Made by a program: the position numbers and the translations under genes. A DNA stretch of 34,354 nt, from assembly GCA_002104905.1 (NCBI GenBank), contig MCFE01000803.1:1-34354 (forward strand), read 5' to 3'. This document shows positions 24,239 to 32,727 of this stretch, in pieces. This DNA comes from Basidiobolus meristosporus CBS 931.73 (lineage: Eukaryota > Fungi > Basidiobolomycota). How positions within the stretch are numbered: position 1 is the stretch's first letter; every line of letters starts with the position of its first letter. A model generated the notes under the pieces. The model worked only from the letters and a program-made list of their open reading frames with translations, did no database searches and was not told the DNA's origin.

Positions 24239-27200
24239 TGCTGTAAGAATATTGGAGATATTGGAAGTGATTGGGAGAACAAGTAGATTATGTGGTTTCC
24301 ACTTAATGATATATTAAATGTACAAGTACTATTTATACTTTTATATGGTCTTGGCATAGCAAACATGTAGAAGAGATTAAGGAAGGTCCCAAGAACAGGT
24401 GTGCAAAGTCTGGGGCTGTTTAGACAACTTTGAAATTTCTATGTTCTGGGTACCAGGTATTTTGGTGAAAATATTCTAAGTAAATCCTAACAAGGAATTT
24501 GGTCAGTATTCTCTAGGATTTGAAGGTAATGATCTAAGTGCTCAAGTTAGGTGCATATATAGGTGGAAATACAAATTTTAGAACACTCCCACTCAGCTAA
24601 ATGTTTATACTGACTAGTCCTAATTTTGACCTAAGATATTCAAACCTGTCTTTAGCTGATGATTTGGTTAATATATCTGCAATCAATTCATCTAAAGGAC
24701 AGTAAACTAAGCTAACCAAGTTATTCTCTATAGCTTCACATATGAAATGATGTCTAATATTTATGTGCTTAGTACTAGTATGAAAAGTTGGATTTCTACC
24801 TAATTGTAGACATCTTTGATTAACTTGAAATAAAGTAATAAGGGTTTTTTAACATAGGCCTAAATCTGTAAAAAGCCTTATTAACCACATTGCTTCTTTT
24901 GTAGCTTCACAGGCTGCCCTATACTCTACCTCTGCTGTAGAAAGTGCTACGGTTGGTTGCTTTCTTGAATTCCATGAAATTGCTCCTTTACAGTAAAGAA
25001 AGGTGGATTCTGTGGTGGATTTTCTCTCTTCCAAGTTTTGTCACCAGTCAGCATCAGTGCATCCCACAAGATCTTGTTCTGAGTCCTTATAAGTGTATCT
25101 TCAGCAGATATCAGCAGTTCCTGTTTGATATCTAAAAATCCGCTTAACTGCAGAAATATGATTGGTTCCATAGTTCCAATTATATTGGCTGACAACTACC
25201 AATGAATATGAGATATCTGGTAATTGATAAGGAAAGTCAGGGCTTTCTGACAGCACCAAGCTCTCTTGATTTGGTTGAGTTTTGACTACATTAAGAATTG
25301 TCTCCATTGGGGTAGCTGCTATTTTACAGTCTTCCATTTGGTACTTCTTTAGTATATCATGAATATACTTGGATTGGCTTAGGGTGATAGTCTGGGTACT
25401 ACTCTCTATGGAGAACTTAATCCCTAAATAGCAACTGAGTCCCCTAGATTGGACATCTTGAACTAGATCAGCCTTGTATTATGTCTTGAAGACCCATCTG
25501 CAACCAACTGATATTTGGTAGATTGGCAATTGGACCAAGTCCCAAGCCTGATTTTCCATCAGGGCCTGATATTCCTCAGTCATTGCAGATCTCCAAAACT
25601 TTGTCTGAGGGCTATTTAGGGCCTCTTTTACAGTCTGGGGTTCATCAATATGGTCTGAATAGGCATAGGCAAAGTTTGTACCCTCATTGATATAGTAATC
25701 TGCACTATTTCTTGCCTGGTTGGATCTCCTGGCATTTGATACTGAAATGATCACTTCTGTGATATTCCTTGGCACTAATTCTGGCTGACCATGCTTGCAG
25801 AGTTCTCTGGAGTGAAAATGCTTTCATTGTTTTGCTCCAAATTAATTCTCACTATTGGTGGACTTGGGTTCAGATTTTTGTCATCATCTGATGTCATTAT
25901 CAGTGAAAACTTCAAATTTTCAGCAAACAACACATCCCTGGACTTGATCAGCTTCTTTGTTTTGGTATTGTACAGTCTGTATGGCTTACTTGCATTGCAG
26001 TAGCCCAAGAATATGCATTTTACACTTTTTGGCTCAAATGATGACTGATTTCCAGGAAGTTTCTTGCCATATGCTGTACACCCAAATATTCTTAGATTCT
26101 CTGCTCTTGGTCTGTACCTATACCATGCTTCAAATGGAGTAGAATCACTAAGTATTCTAGGATAACTTCTATTTTAAGGTATACAGCAGTGGCAACTGAT
26201 TCCACCCAAAAGTCATAGGATAATTTTTGATCATGGAACATTGGTCTTGCCATATCAATTATTGATCTGTTAACATGCTCTACAACTCCATTTTGCTGTG
26301 GGGAGTATGGTACAGTAGTCTCTTGCTTTATCTATGAATTTTGCAGAAGTGGATGAAGAGTTTTGAGATATATTCTCCATTATTGTCAAAGCATATTTCC
26401 TTGATTTTTTTGCCAGTTTCTCTCTCTGCCATGGCATTAAACTTCCTGAACATAGACAGAGCTTCCTCCTCTCTCCATGAAGTAAGCCCACATGTATCTT
26501 GCATAATCACCAATAAAAGTGATTAAATACTTCATCCTGCCTAAAGATAAATCTTGCATAGGGCCACCTACATCTAAGTGAACTAGATCTAATTTTTCTT
26601 AGTTTTGATCAACCCAGAGCTCTTAAATGGTTGTCTGGCTTGTTTCCCATATATGCAGGCTACACAGTGCTCCAAATTAGCTGGGGGTTCAGCTTTTACC
26701 CCGGAAATTAGCTGATCAATAACCATTTTGCACAAATAATCAAAATTGATGTGTCCAAATCTCCTATGCCAAAGCTTTGGTGGTTCTGCATTTAAGTTAC
26801 TTATATTGGCTTCCAGATATGATGGAATATAAGTCATTTTGTATAGATTTTGATCTCTGATACTCAAAGCAATATGGGCACTATTTTGATCAGTGATCCT
26901 GCATCCACAACTGTCAAAGCTGAAACTGAGTCATTGTGCTGTGGCCTTGCTTACACATAGTAGGTTCTTGACTATTTCTGGTACCTAGAGTACTTCTTTA
27001 AGGGTTAATGTATGGCTTCCTTCACTGCTTCTAAGGTTTACTTGGATTGTTCCTTCTCCCACTGCATCAAGTGTTCTATTGTCACCTAAGAAAACCTTCT
27101 TAATTGGGATTTCTTGATATTGGGTAAAAAGTTCTTTTTGGTGTGTAAAGTGTTGAGAAGCTCCAGAGTCAATATACCACGTCTGAGAATCCTTAAGTAA

Positions 27201-28755
27201 GGAGTGTGAAAAGAGGCAATAGCCAATCAATTCACACAATCATAGGAGGCAATAGAGTGTCCAGGATCAGAAAGTGAGCAAATTGGCAGGGAACCAATCA
27301 AAAGCCACTTGTACATTGTTGTGATGAAAAATTTTGACAAAGTTTTTTGTGAAATCTGGGGTGCAATTGTTTTTCAACGGTCTCTGGACGGAGTCCTAAC
27401 AAGATCAGTACCTCTCAGTCACAGGACATTAACTTTGTGATGGCCTTTTGACGGGATCATCTCAATAATTTTTCATAGGGATTTCTTGATATTGGGTAAA
27501 AAGTTGTTTTTGGTGTGTAAAGTGTTGAGATGCTCCAGAGTCAATATACCACATCTGAGAATCCTTTTTTGTGGTCATATTTATTGCAGATATGCATAGT
27601 CTATCTTCAGTTGTTGCAGCATTTCCATATTCAGGCTCCTTTTGCTGATTATCTCCCTTTTTGTGATACCGGTCTGATGTGTATCCTTTCCTTTTACAGT
27701 AGTTGCAAAATATGATGCTGTTACCTTTGTAGGGTCTTGGGTACCTCCTTTGTTGGTTATCATTGCTTATTAAAACATTCTCTTCTTCCTTCTTATTGGC
27801 ACTTAATTTTCTTAATTTTTCATCCAGGAGCCTTTCATATACAAAATTTAAGGTCACATCATCCATTCTGGACTCTAGAGCTGATACAAGGCCCTGAAAC
27901 CTGTTTGTCAGGCTATTCAGGATGGTAACTATCACATCCTCATCAGTAGTTGGTAAGCCCACAGATTCCATTTCATCTACCTGCAGGGTAGTTCCGTTAA
28001 TGAGATTTTTCATTTCTTCTCCTGGCAGCATCTTTGTAGTAAAGAATTTTTGTCTCAAATACATTTTCTTGGTAGCTGAACATGACTGGTAGGTGTCTTC
28101 TAATGCCTTCCAGGCATTCTTCACTGTTTTTGCTCTTCAGCATTGAATTAGCAATTTGTCTCTAACATTAAGGCAAATGCAGTTAAAGGCACATTATTCT
28201 TTCTTCTAGTACTTTAAGGTTTCCTCTCCCATGTTCTTGGGGGGGGGTACTCTTCTTCCATGACAATATCCCAAAGGCCTCTTTCTTGTAGCAGCATCTT
28301 CATCTTCACCTTCCACCATTGTTAGTTATATCCATCCAACTTTCCAGCAGAGGGAGAATTCCAGTGATAGCAGTAGTAGATAGTGTAGAGAGTGACAGCT
28401 TGGGGCTCATAACCTGTTGTAAGAGTCTCCAAGATATTGGAAGTGTTTGGGAGGACAAGTAGATTATGTGGTGTTCACTTAATGACTTACTGAATGTAAA
28501 AGTAGTATTTATACTTTTACATGGACCTGGCACAAAAAGCACAAAGAATGGGTTAGGAAAGGTCCCAAGAACAAAATTTGGGGCTGTTTGGACAACTTTG
28601 AGACTTTACATATTCTGGGTGCCTGATATTTTGGTGAAAATATTCCAAGTAAATCCTAACAAGGAATTTGGTTAGTATTCTCTAGGATTTGAAGGTAATG
28701 ATCTAAGTGGCTAAGTTAGGTGAATACTAAGGTGGAATTACAAATCTTTACAACA
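24239..28755 (-). mobile_element. Copia C2: two-LTR element nested in C1 gag, RT core deleted
   Basis: 3' LTR 24239-24585, PPT GAGTGGGAG 24586-24594, RNase H ~24620-25100, integrase ~25780-26550, GAG-pre-integrase 26589-26867, protease WYIDSGASQH, gag 27481-28400, PBS 28402-28414, 5' LTR 28415-28755. Flanks TATAA/TATGG (decayed TSD) with continuous host frame. Confidence 0.9.
27195..27480 (-). repeat. 286-bp exact inverted copy of the B4 CACTA left end
   Basis: Base-by-base identical to the reverse complement of 30129-30414. Confidence 0.95.
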
Positions 28756-28847
28756 TATGGAAGGCTCCTGGATAAAGAATTAAAAGTAATAAGCGCCAAT
28801 AAGAACGAAGAAGAAAATGCCTTAATAGGCAATGATAACCAACAAAG
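28756..28847 (+). pseudogene. gag: 92-bp continuation of C1 gag between the C2 and C3 LTRs
   Basis: Translates YGRLLDKELKVISANKNEEENALIGNDNQQ, matching ORF 29596-29856. Confidence 0.9.
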
Positions 28848-30128
28848 TGTTGTAAGAATTTGTATTTGCACCTAAATATTGACCTAACTTAGTCACTTAG
28901 ATCAATACCTTAAAATCCTAGAGAATACTGACCAAATTTCTTGTTGGGATTTACTTGGAATATTTTCACCAAAATACCAGGTACCCAGAACATGAAAATT
29001 CTCAAAGTTGTCCAAACAGCCCTAAACTTTGCACACATGTTCTTGGGACCTTTCTCCACCTATTCTACATGTTTGCTTTGCCAAGATCATGTAAAGGTAT
29101 AAATACTACTTAACATTCAATAAATCATTAAGTTAAAACCACATAATCTACTTGTTCTCCCAATGATTTCCAATATCTCCAGGATGCTTACAACAGGCTA
29201 TGAGTGCCAAGCTGTCACTATTGGCAATGTCTACTACTGGTATTACTGGAATTTTTCCCTCTGCTGAAAAGTTGGATGGATCCAACTACCAAGTGCGGAA
29301 GGTGAAGATGAAGATGCTGCTGCAAGAAAGAGGCCTTTGGGATATTGTCATGGGAGAAAAATTCCCTCCTAAAAATGTGGAAAAGGAAGCCCTAAAGTAC
29401 TAGAAGAAAGAACAATGTGGCCTTAACTGCATTTCCCTTAATATTTTGGAAAAATTGCTAATTCAATGCTCAAGAGCAAAAACAGCAAAGTATACTGGGA
29501 AGGCATTAGGAGACACCTACCAGTCATGTTCAGCTGCTAAGAAAATGTGTCTGAGACAAGAATTCTTTACTACAAAGATGCTGCCAGGAGAATAAATGAA
29601 AAATCTTATTAACAGAATTACCCTGCTGGTAGATGAAATGGAAGCGGTGGGCATACCAACTACTGATGAGGATGTGATAGTTACCATCCTGATTAGCCTG
29701 ACAGACAGGTTTCAGGGCCTTGTATCAGCCCAAGAGTCCAGAACTGATGATTTGACCTTAAATTTTGTATATGGGAGGCTCCTGGATGAAGAATTAAGAA
29801 AATCAAGCGCCAATAAGAAGGAAGAAGAAAATGCTTTAATAAGCAATGATAACTAACAAAGGAGGTATCCAAGACCCTACAAAGGCAACAGCAACCCGTT
29901 TTGTGACTACTGCAAAAGGAAAGGACACACATCAGACCAGTGCTTCAAAAAGAAAGATAGTCAGCAGAAAAAGCCGGAATATGGAAATGCTACAACAACT
30001 GAAAATAGACTATTCATATCTGCACTAAATATGACCACAAACAAGGATTCTCATATGTGGTATATTGACTCTGGAGCATCTCAACACTTTACACACCAAA
30101 AAGAACTTTTTACCCAATATCAAGAAAT
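28848..30128 (+). mobile_element. Copia C3: 5' LTR 28848-29195, decayed PBS 29196-29208, gag and protease start, cut by CACTA B4
   Basis: TGTTG...CAACA; GGCTATGAGTGCC; ORFs 29200-29403 and 29596-29856; knuckle CDYCKRKGHTSDQC; WYIDSGASQH; ends CAAGAAAT|. Confidence 0.92.
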
Positions 30129-30464
30129 CCCTATGAAAAATTATTGAGATGATCCCGTCAAAAGGCCATCACAAAGTTAATGTCCTGTGACTGAGAGGTA
30201 CTGATCTTGTTAGGACTCCGTCCAGAGACCGTTGAAAAACAATTGCACCCCAGATTTCACAAAAAACTTTGTCAAAATTTTTCATCACAACAATGTACAA
30301 GTGGCTTTTGATTGGTTCCCTGCCAATTTGCTCACTTTCTGATCCTGGACACTCTATTGCCTCCTATGATTGTGTGAATTGATTGGCTATTGCCTCTTTT
30401 CACACTCCTTACTTCCTGACTCAGCCGTTTCTCTTACTTTTCATGCGTACAAATTGATTTATTT

Positions 30465-32505
30465 CTATTGAAACTTCAGTTGTACCTCAATTGCCAATTG
30501 TATTGACCTATACAAGTCTCTATACCCTACACTAACATTAAGCCCAATTCCACACTCAACAAGTAACTCCATTAAAATCCACCACTCAATAAGTATTTCT
30601 GCTGTTACACTCTGGTTCCACAACTTTGGCAGGAACCTAACGGCTTTATGCCACTGTTCATTCACTGGTTCCCACATGTCCTGGTCTTCAGCTGGCACTG
30701 CAAGGTCTAGCTCCTCATCTGCCAGTCTTTGCAATAAATCCTTGCAATATTCCAGTGTGGTTTCTTGAGCACTGCTCTTGAAGAAGTGCTGCAACCTCTT
30801 GGTGTGCCTATTAATGTTCCAAAACTCCACTGAAGGCATTGTATTAGTCATTTGAGCTCTTGACGTTGTAGCCTTGTCTGTCAGTGGGATCTCCACTCTG
30901 TCAACAATGGAGGCTGTGGTAGACATATTGCCTTTTTCAGCAAACTCATCTACCTTGCTGGAGTGTAGCTCAACTGGCTGCGCTTCCAACTCTTGTGAAA
31001 ACAGCTGTTTTCTTGTTGGTAATTCTTCTTGGCTATGATGGGATTCAGTCTGTTCCGGCTTGTGGCGTTAATTGGCAAGAACTGCAGTTTTTTTTGCATG
31101 CCTCCCTGTCTCAGGCTTGGGTAGACATTTTTCCCTTTACCTTTTCCTTTATCACTGCCAGGTCTTTGACTGCTACTTTGTCTGAGTGCTTCTTGTAAAG
31201 AACTACGTTTTCTCCTGGATAAATTCTGCTTTGACGCATCTGTTTTGGCCTGCTTGTCCCTTGCTGGCACTCTTCTGGCAACCTGACGTTTCTTTTCAGC
31301 TTGTTTTGAGCTATCAACCGTAGTTGTGACGGGCTCCTGTAAAAGTGGCTGGTTTTTATCACTGCCAAGTCCTTCACTGCTACTTTGACTGGGTGCTTCT
31401 TGAGTGGTACTACGCTTTTTCCTTGATAAATGTTGTGCTGGTGCATGCATGTCCTTAATTGGCACTCTTCCAGCTGCCTGACATCTCTTTGACGCTTGTC
31501 TGGAGCTTTTGGCCCTGCTTGTAACGGGCTCTTGAGGAAGCCACTGGTTTTTAGCCATGGCACCCATGTTCTTCTGCCTTTGATAGTTTCTGCTATTCTT
31601 AAGATACTTTCTTAGCAAACCAATGCTGGCCCAAAATCCGTTTGCCCGTTTGAATCCAGGATAATGCTCATGGAACAAGTCAAGTGCATTCTGCTTGGCC
31701 TTGAGTTCCTGATGGTCCCATGGTATGCCGGCCTTAAGGTGATGCATGCTAGACTTCTGAAGGCCTCTTGTATATTAGCCCACTCTTCATCATTGCACTC
31801 AATGGCTTCACAGATCTTCAATGTCTTTTGATTTTTAGGCTTTGGTATAAACACCACATTGTCTCCCTCCCAGGCTGTGATAGGTTTTTCTGTGGGCTTT
31901 ATCTTTGGGCACTGTTGTTGTGCTTCAAAGACTGTACAGTGTTCCTCTGCTGTTACATCAGGAAATGACTCAATTCTTGGCTGTGACATTAAGCTACTTG
32001 AGTTCCTTCTTTGCAGCAAAGATACTGCTTTCTCTACCTGGGATATTGATTGCTCTACATGTATTATCTGCTCATCCTGTTTCTGGACTACTTCCTGATT
32101 TCTCTGGGCCATTGCATCTATCCTATCAGCCACTGCACCTAATTGCTTCATTAATGCTTTGGTATGAGCTGACAACATACTTGCTAATATGGGTGGTGGT
32201 GATGTTATCATTGCCACTTGCTGATCTTCAACAGAGGGTACTGCATTTGCTACATTCTCATCTGCCTGAGCATAATGATCAGCTTGTGGCTCTGCAGAGG
32301 TTCTCAATTGCCTACTTGACTGAGAGCCTGAGGAGTCCACATTATTACCTTCAATGGGCACACTGTCCACAGGGCCTTTTTTGGATGTAGCCCCACTTGT
32401 TGTACTGAATGTCAAAGCAAGCTGTTGTCCAACTGTTCTTCTGTTGCCGTCAGCGGTGGGGTTTAGCTGAGAACCGGACAACCTTGCATTATTTTTTGGC
32501 AGCAT
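30465..32505 (-). pseudogene. CACTA accessory gene (~680 codons, two single-base frameshifts), function unknown
   Basis: ORFs 31612-32505, 30950-31747 and 30465-30989 join into one frame after restoring one base near 31747 and one near 31055. Homologous in B2 (ORFs 21340-21744, 20987-21244, 20540-20917). Confidence 0.8.
31155..31555 (-). repeat. Two ~195-205-bp tandem units in the accessory gene
   Basis: ACGGGCTC at 31329 and 31524 (offset 195). Peptide units KNQWLPQEPVT..RKKRSTTQEAPSQSSS and KNQPLLQEPVT..RRKRSSLQEALRQSSS. Confidence 0.85.
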
Positions 32506-32727
32506 ATATATGGAAGTGAGTCAAACCAAAGGGGAAATAGTGTTACATATACGTGTGTATGTGGTGCCACAACTTTATTTATAATGCTTACTATGACGGG
32601 TCATCATTGAATCTTACATTCATGTAGGTATAATGTCTCAAATACAAGACTGTCTTAAGTTCACTTGAGTATTGACCAAAAAGTGATATAATAGTGTTAC
32701 ATTGTTGAAGGTCAAACTGTTTGCCCC
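32506..32727. promoter_or_regulatory. Candidate bidirectional promoter between the divergent ATGs
   Basis: 222 bp between accessory ATG (32505, -) and transposase ATG (32728, +); conserved in B1, B2 and partly B3 (GCCACAACTTTATTTATAATGCTTAC). Function is inferred from position only. Confidence 0.55.

Noticed and set aside
30154-30160. CCCGTC as the left end of B4
   Set aside because: CCCTATGAAAAATTATT at 30129 matches the two right termini, and copia homology ends there.
27195-30414. A single 3.2-kb foldback element with long TIRs
   Set aside because: No TSD at the outer edges, the inner arms are two diverged copia copies with their own insertion junctions, and the right arm continues into B4.
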